Shown: piece after piece, positions 9,615-18,809 of the stretch
How positions within the stretch are numbered: the stretch's first letter is position 1
Layout of the letters: each line of letters starts with the position of its first letter
From: Thermoplasmata archaeon
GTDB taxonomy: Archaea > Thermoplasmatota > Thermoplasmata > RBG-16-68-12 > JAJISG01
Length of the DNA: 64,000 nucleotides
NCBI GenBank assembly: GCA_046758325.1
Contig: JBHHZZ010000005.1
Location: 150-64,149, forward strand
Direction: 5' to 3'
The notes under the pieces: generated by a model
Database searches by the model: none
Told to the model about the DNA's origin: nothing
The model's input: only the letters and a program-made list of their open reading frames with translations
Translations under genes and position numbers: made by a program

Positions 9615-9842
9615 ATGGAACCTTCTAACGTGCTCATTGTCCTCGAAGAGTGGGAGAAATGGCGCTCTCGTAAGACGCGGCTAGAGGGGGAGCTGGAGAA
9701 CCTTCGGAAGAAGCGGGAGGCCCTGCGGGCCGACCTCGAGAGCGTCAAGAAGGAACTGGCCAGCATCGAAGACGTCCTTTTCGAACATGGGGAGAGGCCC
9801 ATAGATGCCTATACCCTACCGCCCTTCCACCTGGGGAAGTAG
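9615..9842 (+). CDS. small coiled-coil protein (75 aa), paralog A
   Basis: EEWEKWRSRKTRLEGELENLRKK... heptad-like. Stop TAG at 9840-9842 lies one base before the next gene's ATG. Confidence 0.45.
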   Translation: MEPSNVLIVLEEWEKWRSRKTRLEGELENLRKKREALRADLESVKKELASIEDVLFEHGERPIDAYTLPPFHLGK

Positions 9843-9843
9843 T

Positions 9844-10071
9844 ATGGGGAGGACCGATACCATCTGGGAGGAACACAGGAAGTGGCTCCATCGGAAGCGG
9901 GAGCTGGAGGAAGCCCTGGAGGATGTGGACAGGGAGGAGTCCTTCCTTCTGGAGGAGCTGGATAGGGTGGAAGAGCAGGTAGCCTACTACGGCTCCCTGA
10001 CGAAGGAGATGAAGAAGACGTTGGATCCTCCCAAGCTGGCTCATCTTCTGCGCTCCTGGAGGAAGGTCTGA
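9844..10071 (+). CDS. small coiled-coil protein (75 aa), paralog B
   Basis: WEEHRKWLHRKRELEEALEDV..., same length as paralog A with a similar N-terminal motif. Start taken at internal ATG 9844. Confidence 0.45.
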   Translation: MGRTDTIWEEHRKWLHRKRELEEALEDVDREESFLLEELDRVEEQVAYYGSLTKEMKKTLDPPKLAHLLRSWRKV

Positions 10072-10092
10072 GCTTTAGCCTTTTAAGGGGCA

Positions 10093-11124
10093 ATGCCCAT
10101 GAGGGTGGAGGCCGGCGGGGACCTTATGGAGGTCAGGACTGTCTGGATGGAGGAGGGCATCGTCAGGCTCATCGACCAGCGCCTCCTGCCCACAGAGTTC
10201 AGCATCTTCGAGGCTTCGGACTACAAGGAGGTCGGCTTCGCCATCGCCGACATGGTGGTCCGCGGGGCCCCTGCCATCGGAGCCACAGCAGCCTATGGGA
10301 TGGCCCAGGCCCAGCTCCAGGGCAGGGACCTGGAGGAGGTGGCCCGCTATCTGAGGTCCACCAGGCCAACGGGCCATGACCTCTTCTACGCCACGGAGAT
10401 GATGCTCCTGGCGGCCAGGGAGGGCCGAGACCTGGAGGGGGTGGCGGAGGAGTACGCCGAGGACAACATCCGACGCTGCAGGGCCATCGGGAGACACGGC
10501 CTGGAGGTGTTGCAGGACGGGTCCCGCGTCCTCACCCACTGCAATGCCGGCGCTCTGGCGACCGTGGACTACGGTACGGCTTTGGCCCCCATCAGGGCGG
10601 CCAAGGAGGCCGGCCGCCAGGTGTTCGTCTTCGTGGATGAGACCAGGCCCCGGCTACAGGGCGCGAAGCTGACGGCCTGGGAGCTGGCCCAGGAGGGGAT
10701 CGAGCACGCCATCATAGCGGACAACGCCGCTGGCCTCTTCATGGCCCGGGGGGAGGTCGACCTGGTGATCGTCGGAGCGGACAGGATAGCCAGCAACGGG
10801 GATGTGGCCAACAAGATAGGCACCTATGAGAAGGCCGTGCTGGCGAAGGAGAACGGCGTCCCCTTCTACGTGGCCGCGCCCGTCAGCACTTTCGACTTCT
10901 CCATCAGCAGCGGGAAAGAGATCCCCATCGAGGAGCGGGAGGAGGGTGAGATGAGGGCCCTGGGGCCTGAGTCCATCGCCCCCCGAGAGAGCAAGGTCCG
11001 GAATCCCGCCTTCGACGTGACTCCCGCGAGGTACATAACCGGATTCATCACCGAGCTCGGAGTCCTCAAGCCTGGCGAGCTTTCCTCCCTCAAGGCGGAG
11101 GGCCTGGGGTTAAGGAGTAAGTAG
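10093..11124 (+). CDS. eIF-2B alpha/beta/delta-family protein (MTR-1-P / ribose-1,5-bisphosphate isomerase family)
   Basis: 'VRLIDQRLLP' N-terminal motif and 'TGADRIASNGDVANKIGT' typical of the e2b2/MtnA family. The true start may be at Met 10126. Confidence 0.8.
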   Translation: MPMRVEAGGDLMEVRTVWMEEGIVRLIDQRLLPTEFSIFEASDYKEVGFAIADMVVRGAPAIGATAAYGMAQAQLQGRDLEEVARYLRSTRPTGHDLFYATEMMLLAAREGRDLEGVAEEYAEDNIRRCRAIGRHGLEVLQDGSRVLTHCNAGALATVDYGTALAPIRAAKEAGRQVFVFVDETRPRLQGAKLTAWELAQEGIEHAIIADNAAGLFMARGEVDLVIVGADRIASNGDVANKIGTYEKAVLAKENGVPFYVAAPVSTFDFSISSGKEIPIEEREEGEMRALGPESIAPRESKVRNPAFDVTPARYITGFITELGVLKPGELSSLKAEGLGLRSK

Positions 11125-11150
11125 GACCACCGTGTAATCGCTTCGATTCC

Positions 11151-11504
11151 ATGGTCCTCACGAGCAGCGTTGTGAGCCACATCTGGTTCCTGGTAAGGGA
11201 TCTTGACAAAGCCGTCCGCTTTTTCGGCGATGTCCTAGGCCTACGACTCTTGGAGGCGAGGAAGAGGGCAGCCCGGTTCGACGGAGGCAACCTGACCATC
11301 GGCCTCTACGAGGCGGAGGATGTCGACGGCAGCTCCCCCATCGTGACCTTCCGGATGGAGAAGGGAATGGAGAAGTTCCATGCCTACCTGCGCGGGCAGG
11401 GGGTCAAGGCCAAGCTGGTGGATATGGATCTCATCGGCAAGGTTCTCGCTCTGGAGGGCCCCGAGGGCCGCCTTCTCTGGGTGCACCAGCCCAAGGAAGA
11501 ATAG
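11151..11504 (+). CDS. VOC/glyoxalase-family protein
   Basis: 117 aa with 'HIWFLVRDLDKAVRFFGDVLG' glyoxalase-fold N-terminal motif. Confidence 0.65.
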   Translation: MVLTSSVVSHIWFLVRDLDKAVRFFGDVLGLRLLEARKRAARFDGGNLTIGLYEAEDVDGSSPIVTFRMEKGMEKFHAYLRGQGVKAKLVDMDLIGKVLALEGPEGRLLWVHQPKEE

Positions 11505-11533
11505 ATTTTATAGGCCCCTCCCCATGGGAGAGT

Positions 11534-12592
11534 GTGCTTCTCTTCTCCACATGGTTCGGCACCTTCCTCTTGGATGACGGCAAGGTCGTGAAGTCCGTCC
11601 TCTTTCCCAAGGATCCAGAGGCCCTGGCCGAAAGGATGCTGTTGATGGAAGCGGGAAAGGAGTTGGAGGAGGAGAGGAGGCTCGCGGACGGCCTGGACGA
11701 CTTCTTCGTCGCCGAGCGGCGGCTGGAGGGCCTGGGAGGCACCTTCACCACCGAAGCCCCGCCCTTCCTGAGGCCGGAGGACTACGGCTTGGACACGAAG
11801 CTTCTCCGAGACACGATGATCGCCCTGGGGAAGCTGAGGATGAAGAGGGCCGTCCAGCCCACCGACCACATCATCCAGGCCGTCAGGGCCCTGGACGACC
11901 TGACCCAGAGGGGCAACCTGATGATGGAGAGGCTGCGGGACTGGTACTCCCTCCACTTCCCTGAACTCGCCCGTATGGTGGATCAGAGGCAGTTCCTGGA
12001 CCTGGTGGCCGACCACGGGAGGAGGGAGGACATGCCCCTCCAGGCCTTCGAGTCCATGGGAGCCGACCTGGACGAGGAGGACTTGAGGGCGGTTCAAAGC
12101 CTCGCCCGGCTGGTCAGGGAGGTCCAGCGGGAGAGGGCCTCGCTGGGGGCCTATCTCGAGGACAAGATGAGGGAGCTGGCCCCCAACATCGCCCACCTGG
12201 CCGGTCACATCATCGGGGCTAGGTTGATCTCCCTGGCCGGCGGCCTGGAGGAGCTAGGCAGAATGCCCGCTAGCACCATCCAGCTTCTGGGCGCGGAGAA
12301 GGCCCTCTTCCGGCACCTGAGGAAGGGCACGAGACCGCCAAAGCACGGTGTCCTCTTCCAGCATCCATGGGTTCATCAGGCACCCTACTGGCAGCGAGGG
12401 GCCATTGCCAGAGCCCTGGCTGCAAAGCTGGCCATAGCCGCTCGGGCGGATGCCTACACGAAGCGCTGGATAGGTGAGGAGCTCAAGGCCCAGATGGAGG
12501 AGGCCCTGGTCGAGATTAGGCGAGCCCACGAGAGGCCTCCTGAGAGACCACGGAAGAGGGGGAAGAAGAGGTCGAGGCGGCGACACAGATAG
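11534..12592 (+). CDS. nop5: Nop5/Nop56/58 C/D box snoRNP protein
   Basis: Nop domain 'GAEKALFRHLRKGTRPPKHGVLFQHP', coiled-coil middle region, basic KKR tail. No fibrillarin gene follows. Confidence 0.8.
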   Translation: MLLFSTWFGTFLLDDGKVVKSVLFPKDPEALAERMLLMEAGKELEEERRLADGLDDFFVAERRLEGLGGTFTTEAPPFLRPEDYGLDTKLLRDTMIALGKLRMKRAVQPTDHIIQAVRALDDLTQRGNLMMERLRDWYSLHFPELARMVDQRQFLDLVADHGRREDMPLQAFESMGADLDEEDLRAVQSLARLVREVQRERASLGAYLEDKMRELAPNIAHLAGHIIGARLISLAGGLEELGRMPASTIQLLGAEKALFRHLRKGTRPPKHGVLFQHPWVHQAPYWQRGAIARALAAKLAIAARADAYTKRWIGEELKAQMEEALVEIRRAHERPPERPRKRGKKRSRRRHR

Positions 12593-12627
12593 TTAGTCTC
12601 ATAAGGCATCTGTCCCTAACAGATTCC

Positions 12628-12951
12628 ATGTCCCCCAGTCCAATAGAGGTCAGCGACGACGAGCTGGAGGAGCTGGTCAAGAAGGAGAGCCGCGTGGTGG
12701 TCGACTTCTGGGCTCCCTGGTGCCAGCCGTGCAGGGTCATCTCTCCCATCGTTGAGGAACTCGCCACGCAGTATGAGGACGGCGTCACCTTCGCCAAGCT
12801 GAACATCGATGACAACCCTCGGTCCCCCGCGAATTATGGCATCATGGGGGTACCCACCCTCCTCTTCTTCAAGGAGGGGGAACTCGTGGACAGGATCGTC
12901 GGCGTGGTCCCCCGATCCAAGATTGAAGCTGTCTTGGGCAAGATCCTCTGA
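12628..12951 (+). CDS. trx: thioredoxin
   Basis: Thioredoxin fold with 'FWAPWCQPCR' active site (CQPC instead of CGPC). Confidence 0.85.
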   Translation: MSPSPIEVSDDELEELVKKESRVVVDFWAPWCQPCRVISPIVEELATQYEDGVTFAKLNIDDNPRSPANYGIMGVPTLLFFKEGELVDRIVGVVPRSKIEAVLGKIL

Positions 12952-13069
12952 CGCGCGGGCGTGGGGGTGAAGACCTTCCCCGAGGCCAACGACATATTCG
13001 GAGGCACGGATTTCTCAGGATACAAACATTCATGTACGTGATTGCCCATCCGCCGCCGGAGGTAGGGGG

Positions 13070-13171
13070 ATGGAACACTACGTGATAGTTTGGGTGGCTT
13101 ATGCCATAATTCACGCCCTGCCGTGGGTTTTCGCGTACATCCTGATCCGGAGGATACCGGAGGGAGTCTGA
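13070..13171 (+). CDS. small hydrophobic protein (33 aa) just upstream of the SSF symporter
   Basis: Hand-translated MEHYVIVWVAYAIIHALPWVFAYILIRRIPEGV. GGAGGTAGGGGG precedes the ATG; stop is 4 nt before the SSF start. Confidence 0.4.
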   Translation: MEHYVIVWVAYAIIHALPWVFAYILIRRIPEGV

Positions 13172-13175
13172 AAGG

Positions 13176-14705
13176 ATGTTTCACGAAGCGGTTCGCTGGC
13201 CTTTCGTCATTGGCTTCATCATCTACTTCGTGGTCATCTGGGTCATAGCCCATCGGGTGGCGACCCGCGTCAAGTCCTACCTGCAGCTAGCCGTGGGAGG
13301 CCGCGTTGTATCGTATCTGGCCTTCGCCTTCCTCATCTCAGGCACCTACATCAGTGCGGTTTCCGTCTTCGGAGGAGTGGGGACCACCTACGAGCACGGG
13401 TATGTGTCGGTGGTCGGCTGGGCCCTGGCGTGGATGGTAGCCCTCATATTAGCCCTCTTCATCGGCTACCGGCTTAGGAGGCCAGCGGCTCCGCCCTTCA
13501 CCCTACCGGAGGCCATGAAGACGAGGTTCGAGCTTGGGAAGAGGCGAAGCCCCCTGCAGTTCATAGCAGCCTTCTGGGGCCTCATCTTCGTAGGCCTGTT
13601 CAATATGCTCCAGATCAAAGGCTTCGGCCTTGCCATGGAAAGCATTACTGGGTTCCCCTTCACCCTCGCCGTGGCCCTCTATGCCTTCATCGTCATCTAC
13701 ATCGGCCTGGGCGGTTATCTTGCGATCATCAGGACGAACATCGTCCACCAATTCGTCATCCTGGCAGGCCTCTGGATCACCGTTCTCGTCATCCTTGCGA
13801 TGCCTGAAATCGGGGGCCTCGTCGGCCTTCACACCAAGGCGGCTGCCGTTCAAGGCGCCATTCATCCGGATTCCCCGTACACCATCAGCCAGGGAGCCCT
13901 TCTTACTCTCGTAGGGGCCTTCCCCATCATCTTCCTTCTCAACGTCATGATCGCGAACATGCTGGCCTGGTCGGCTCCCTTCTGGCCCTCCGTCCTCCTG
14001 GGCTCCAAGTCGGTGCGGGAGATGCTCAAGGGAGGGGCCCTCGCCTCCCTGTTTGTGGCCATGGCCTGGGTGGCCATACCCCTGATTGGCCTGTCGGCTC
14101 GGGTCTTCTTCCCCGTTCTTCCCGCGGAGGTGGGCAGATACGACCCCGACGTGGCCTTTCCCCTGATCATAGGCAACATTCTACCTGAGAGCGTCGGCAT
14201 TATCGCCCTCCTGGGTCTCTTCGCTGCCGCCATCTCCACATCCACTGTCCTCCTCCTCTACGCTTCCCTCTTCCTGGTGAACGACATGATAGGCGCCGTC
14301 AAGCCGGAGATGACCAAGGAAACGATGTTCAAGCTCAGCCGTGTTTTCATGGTGGTCATAGGCCTCATCACCCTGGGCATCGCTATTGCCTTCCCGCCTA
14401 CCTCCCTTCTCATCGGCGCTCAACTCGCCTTCGCCATCAGCGCGGCGGCCCTGGCCGTCCCCATCGGTCTCGGCCTGTATTGGAAGCGCATGACGAGGGC
14501 CGCAGCCTACACATGCCTCATCATACCGCCTATCGTGTTCATGTTCGCCCTGGTTCAACTGCTTCAGAAGGGAGAGGAATACCCCCTCTTCCTGCCACCG
14601 ATCGCCCTAGCCCTAGTCGTAGCCATCATTCTGGCGGTCGTTGTAAGCCTGCTCACAAAGCCGGCCCCGGAGGAATCCACCCGACCCTTCTGGGAGTGGA
14701 AGTAG
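13176..14705 (+). CDS. sodium:solute symporter family (SSF) transporter
   Basis: 509 aa, about 13 TM segments, SSF-like layout. Substrate unknown. Confidence 0.8.
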   Translation: MFHEAVRWPFVIGFIIYFVVIWVIAHRVATRVKSYLQLAVGGRVVSYLAFAFLISGTYISAVSVFGGVGTTYEHGYVSVVGWALAWMVALILALFIGYRLRRPAAPPFTLPEAMKTRFELGKRRSPLQFIAAFWGLIFVGLFNMLQIKGFGLAMESITGFPFTLAVALYAFIVIYIGLGGYLAIIRTNIVHQFVILAGLWITVLVILAMPEIGGLVGLHTKAAAVQGAIHPDSPYTISQGALLTLVGAFPIIFLLNVMIANMLAWSAPFWPSVLLGSKSVREMLKGGALASLFVAMAWVAIPLIGLSARVFFPVLPAEVGRYDPDVAFPLIIGNILPESVGIIALLGLFAAAISTSTVLLLYASLFLVNDMIGAVKPEMTKETMFKLSRVFMVVIGLITLGIAIAFPPTSLLIGAQLAFAISAAALAVPIGLGLYWKRMTRAAAYTCLIIPPIVFMFALVQLLQKGEEYPLFLPPIALALVVAIILAVVVSLLTKPAPEESTRPFWEWK

Positions 14706-14714
14706 CTCTCTTTC

Positions 14715-16382
14715 CTACCCAGTCTCTGGACCTTGGCGAAGCTCCCTCCGGAGCACCTTTCCCACGAGGGTCGTGGGAAGCTCGTCCCTGAACTCGATGT
14801 ACTTTGGCACCTTGTGCTTGGCGAGCTTCCCCTTGCAGTACTCCAGCAACTCCTCCTCCCTCAACTTCCCCCGGTACTCCTCGCGGAGGACCACGAAGGC
14901 CTTGGGCACCTCGCCGTGGAACTCGTCCGCAACACCGATGACGGCGGCCAACTCCACGGCCTCGTGTTCGAAGAGCACCTCCTCTATGTCCCTGGGGTAG
15001 ACGTTGAAGCCACCCACTATGATCATGTCCTTCTTCCTGTCCACGATGTAGAAGTAGCCGTCCTCGTCGGTCTTGCCGATGTCCCCCGTGTAGAACCACC
15101 CGTCCCGGAGCACCAGTCGCGTCTCCTCCTCCTTGTTCCAGTACCCCTTCATCACCTGGGGTCCCCGGATGGCGATCTCCCCGGTCTCCCCCGTGGGCAT
15201 CTCATTGGTCCCCGTCTCCATGTCCACCACCCTGGCCTCGGTGTCGACGATGGGTATGCCGATGGAGCCGAACCGCACCTTGGACCAGTCGTCCATGGGG
15301 TTCACGTGGGTCACCGGGCTGGTCTCCGTCAACCCGTATCCCTCCACGATCATCGCTCCCGTGACCTCCTGCCAGCGACGGGCCACCTCCGCCGGTAGCG
15401 GGGCCGCCCCCGAGACGCAGTACTTGACGGACTTGAGGCTGTACTTCTTCAGGTCGGGATGGGACAGGAGGGCAACGTAGATGGTCGGCACTCCAGGGAA
15501 GTGGGTCGGCCGATGCCTCTCGATGGCCTCCAGGGTCTCATCCTTCCCGAACTTGGGCAGGAGGACGGTGGTCGCGCCCATGTAGATGGGGGTGTTCATA
15601 CACACGGTCACGCCGTAGCTGTGGAAGAAGGGAAGTACGGCCAGGACGACCGCGTCCTCGTCCATGTAGCTAAAGTGGCTCGTCTGGACGGCATTGGCCA
15701 CCAGGTTGAAGTGGGTGAGCATGACGCCCTTCGGGACGCCGGTGGTGCCGCCTGTGTAGAGGAGGAGGGCAAGGTCCTCCTTCGGGTCGATATCCACCTT
15801 TGGCGGTCCTCCTCGAGCCTTGCTCAGCACCTTCTGAAAGCGTTGGGTGTCTGGGAAGTGCCTAGGCTGTATCCCCCGGATTGAGGCGAACATGCCGTAG
15901 AGCGTGGGCAGGTAGTCCACCAGGCTCGTCAGGATCACGTGCTCCAGCGGCGTCTCCTGCCGGACGTTGTGGACAGGCTCATAGACCATGTCCAGGGCGA
16001 TCATGACGCGGGCGCCGCAGTCCTCGAGCTGCCTCTGAACCTCCCGCTCCGTGTAGGTGGGGTTGAAGGGGACCGACACGCCTCCGGCCTTGAGGGTGCC
16101 GAAATGGGATATGAGGAACTGAGGGCAGTTTGGAAGGAACAGGGCCACACGGTCTCCCTTCCGCACATTCAGGTCTCTGAGCACGATGGCCATCTTATCC
16201 GACAGCCGGTCTAGCTCCCGGTAGGTAAGGGGGTTGTTGAAGAAGATCGTCGCGGTCTTCCGGGGGACCCGGGCAGCGGTGTCCCTAAGGAACTGGTAAA
16301 GGGGGATCTCGGGATATTCCAGGCTGTGGGGTACGCCTTCGGGCCATGCCTTCATCCAGGGCCTCTCCTCCACCTCTTCCAA
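14715..16382 (-). CDS. AMP-forming acyl-CoA synthetase/ligase (FadD-like)
   Basis: 'YTGGTTGVPKGV' AMP-binding motif, 'GYGLTET', 'YTGDIG'. Confidence 0.85.
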   Translation of the reverse strand: MEEVEERPWMKAWPEGVPHSLEYPEIPLYQFLRDTAARVPRKTATIFFNNPLTYRELDRLSDKMAIVLRDLNVRKGDRVALFLPNCPQFLISHFGTLKAGGVSVPFNPTYTEREVQRQLEDCGARVMIALDMVYEPVHNVRQETPLEHVILTSLVDYLPTLYGMFASIRGIQPRHFPDTQRFQKVLSKARGGPPKVDIDPKEDLALLLYTGGTTGVPKGVMLTHFNLVANAVQTSHFSYMDEDAVVLAVLPFFHSYGVTVCMNTPIYMGATTVLLPKFGKDETLEAIERHRPTHFPGVPTIYVALLSHPDLKKYSLKSVKYCVSGAAPLPAEVARRWQEVTGAMIVEGYGLTETSPVTHVNPMDDWSKVRFGSIGIPIVDTEARVVDMETGTNEMPTGETGEIAIRGPQVMKGYWNKEEETRLVLRDGWFYTGDIGKTDEDGYFYIVDRKKDMIIVGGFNVYPRDIEEVLFEHEAVELAAVIGVADEFHGEVPKAFVVLREEYRGKLREEELLEYCKGKLAKHKVPKYIEFRDELPTTLVGKVLRRELRQGPETG

Positions 16383-16497
16383 CGCAAACCCTCCGTCTGG
16401 TCGGAAATGACCACGGCGGCTATTAAATGATTGCTAGAATGGCCGGAGCTCTCCTGCGGATGCTTGGTGCGTTCCATAGTGCGCGCCAACCAAAGGC

Positions 16498-16504
16498 TTA
16501 TAAG
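16498..16504 (+). promoter_or_regulatory. TATA-like box (TTATAAG) with BRE-like CAAAGGC upstream
   Basis: About 55 nt upstream of the ATG at 16558. Confidence 0.35.
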
Positions 16505-16515
16505 CACACTATACG

Positions 16516-16532
16516 CTACAGCTACGCTGTAG
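16516..16532. promoter_or_regulatory. inverted repeat CTACAGC-TAC-GCTGTAG between the TATA box and the start codon (candidate operator)
   Basis: Perfect 7-bp arms read directly. It overlaps the expected transcription start. Confidence 0.35.
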
Positions 16533-16557
16533 ATACTTCAGAACGGAGGTATGACGT

Positions 16558-17277
16558 ATGGGAGAGATTAGAACGGCAATCCCGGATCGGATCGACAAGT
16601 ACCTGGATTCCCTAGTCCGGACTGGTCCTTTCGCCAGCAAGGCGGAGCTCGTGAGGGCCGCCCTCGTGGCCTTTGCAGGAGTAGCGGGGCCGATTGCGCA
16701 AGACTTCGACAAGGAGAACATGATTTCCCCAGACGGGAGGATATATCAGCTGGAATACGCCAGGGAGGGGTCGATGCGGGGGGCCCCCGGGGTGGGAATT
16801 GCACACGACGATGGCGTCCTTCTGGTGGGGGTTACCTCACCAGTGCCTAAGCTTGTGAAGACGCCGGAAAAGATCAAACGTATAGGGGAACGCGTGGCAA
16901 TGCTGTCGTCAGGCATCGTATCAGATGCTCGCATGCTGGCACATCGTGTGCGAGTAGCGGACCCAAAGACTACCGACGAGTTGGTGGACCGATTAGCGGA
17001 GTTCTACTGGGACCATACGATAGACCGAACGAAACGACCACTATGCGTAGCCCTTCTGGTAGCGAGTGCCTTGGATGGCGATGCCAGGCTCCTGGAATTC
17101 GATCCGAGTGGTGCGGTCTTGGAGGGGAACGCTGCCGCCATCGGAGAGGACTGCAAGAGTGTGCGGGAATTCCTGGAGAAGCGATACCGCCGAGGGTCGG
17201 CGAAGGAGGCAGAGGACCTCGCCCTGGAGGCCCTGGGCAAGCCTGAGACCTACGATGTCGTTCACGTGACGGCCTGA
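16558..17277 (+). CDS. ribbon-helix-helix domain fused to a proteasome alpha-subunit-like (Ntn-hydrolase fold) domain
   Basis: Residues 1-48 'IRTAIPDRIDKYLDSLVRTGPFASKAELVRAALVAF' are a classic RHH. Residues ~55-239 align by eye with archaeal PsmA ('ISPDGRIYQLEYAREG...GVLLVGV...SGIVSDARML...DARLLEFDPSGAV...AAIGEDCKSVREFLEKRY'). Confidence 0.7.
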   Translation: MGEIRTAIPDRIDKYLDSLVRTGPFASKAELVRAALVAFAGVAGPIAQDFDKENMISPDGRIYQLEYAREGSMRGAPGVGIAHDDGVLLVGVTSPVPKLVKTPEKIKRIGERVAMLSSGIVSDARMLAHRVRVADPKTTDELVDRLAEFYWDHTIDRTKRPLCVALLVASALDGDARLLEFDPSGAVLEGNAAAIGEDCKSVREFLEKRYRRGSAKEAEDLALEALGKPETYDVVHVTA

Positions 17278-17343
17278 GAATAACGTGGCACGCCCAAATC
17301 TTCTTCACTACGATTAGCGTCAGTTCGGTCGCGGAGGGTAGAT

Positions 17344-18292
17344 GTGTCGGGCAAGGAACGGGCTCGGGAGCGGTTCCCTGCTGCTCCGGGCAGAGTCTTT
17401 GACCGAAACATCCTTCTCCTGGTTGCGAGCGGCGCGCTCTTCAGCATCCCCATAGGCTTCACCTTCGTCGCAATCCCCATCTACCTTGAGCGACTTCCCG
17501 GAATTCCTACCGCCCTGATCGGCCTCTTCTTCACGACTATGGGACTCGTCGCCGTCGCCTTCATTGTGCCTATCGGCATCCTGGCGGACCGGTTCGGCAG
17601 GCGACTCATGCTCGCCCTTGGGGGCGTCTTCGCCTCGACTGCGATCCTCCTCCTGGCATTTCTCGACACCCTGGAGGGACTGCTGGCAGTTGCAGCAGTC
17701 ATCGGTTTGGCCGAAGCCCTCTACTTCTCCACGTGGAACGCCCTCTTGGCCGACGCGAGTACTGGCGAGACCCGGACCAGTGTCTTCGGCTTCAGCTTCT
17801 TCGCAACCTCTGTCGCCTTCGCGGCAGGCAGCGTCCTCGGCGTGGTAGCCGACCGGGCCTTTCAAGGAGGGGCCTCGCCCCAGGATGCATACCAGCCTCT
17901 GTTCCTCGTCATCGGCCTCTCGCTCCTCCTGGTTCCCGCTATCGTACCGTTCGTTCGTCTTGATCGCCGTTTCCATCCTGTACGTAGCCCGCAACGCCCT
18001 GATGAACATGACATGGCCTGTGATGTCTTCCTTCCTCATGGGGGCCGTGGACCCGGACGAGAGGGCTGCTGCGAGTGCCGTCACCGGAGCCGCCTTTCGG
18101 CTGCCCTTCGCGGTGAGCACGACCCTCGGCTCTTACATGCTCACCCTCGATCTCTCGCTGCCCTTCTTCGTTACCGCGCTGCTCTACGGTCTCGGCACAG
18201 CAGCCTTTTGGTACTTCTTCCGCACGTACGGGGCTGTTACCCCAGAACAAGCTGAGGCCGCAGAGGCTGCTGAGATCGTGAGTCCCAAGTAA
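17344..18292 (+). pseudogene. MFS transporter disrupted by a +1 frameshift near 17955-17970
   Basis: The N-half (17344..~17960, 'DRFGRR' MFS motif, 6 TM) continues in frame 2 (ORF 17885..18292, 3-4 TM). The joined product is short (~330 aa). Confidence 0.45.
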
Positions 18293-18363
18293 GTCGCCTC
18301 GCCGCAGTGACCCACGTCTGTGACAATCGCCTCCACCGGTGGTTGCCCGTATCCCCGGCCCGA

Positions 18364-18675
18364 TCAATGGGGAGGTTCCCTGTACAAGGGAGGTCTCTCT
18401 ACCTCTCGACGCAGGACCTCCATGAACTGTTTCTGTCGGATCTTGTCGTATCCTATGTAGAAGAGGAGGAGCCCGATGATGACGGTGGCTATGGAGCCGC
18501 TGAGGAAGAAGGCCCGGCGGACCTCGTCTCCCAGGGTCAGTGTGAAGAGGGCCTGCGATATATCCGGAAAGGCCATCAGGATGACCAGGAGGGCGCCTCC
18601 GAGGGTGAAGAGGAAGCCAAGCATGGCAAGGAAGAGGCCTGTCTTGAAGCTGATGCGGGCTCTCAACTGCTCCAT
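18364..18675 (-). CDS. small membrane protein (2 TM)
   Basis: 103 aa hydrophobic ORF. Confidence 0.4.
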   Translation of the reverse strand: MEQLRARISFKTGLFLAMLGFLFTLGGALLVILMAFPDISQALFTLTLGDEVRRAFFLSGSIATVIIGLLLFYIGYDKIRQKQFMEVLRREVERPPLYREPPH

Positions 18676-18809
18676 GGAACCGCCACAATCAGCTCTTCTT
18701 CAAGCCCAACATAAACGTTTGGGGGCCGTTATCGCCACCGAGGCATTGGGCTGAGCCGACCACAACTGAGAAGGCTTATATCGAGGCTCCCCTTGTTCCT
18801 GCGATACCC

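Noticed and set aside
11384-12208. Long antisense ORFs (e.g. 11384..12208, 17320..18120, 18729..19292, 22384..23526, 29289..30152, 37299..38273, 38440..39390, 45237..45857)
   Set aside because: They overlap well-supported genes on the other strand and have Arg/Pro/Gly-rich, motif-free translations. These are typical stop-poor antisense frames in high-GC DNA.
11534-12951. Nop5 followed by thioredoxin instead of fibrillarin
   Set aside because: nop5-flpA linkage is common but not universal. fibrillarin may be elsewhere in the genome, so this is not informative from this window alone.
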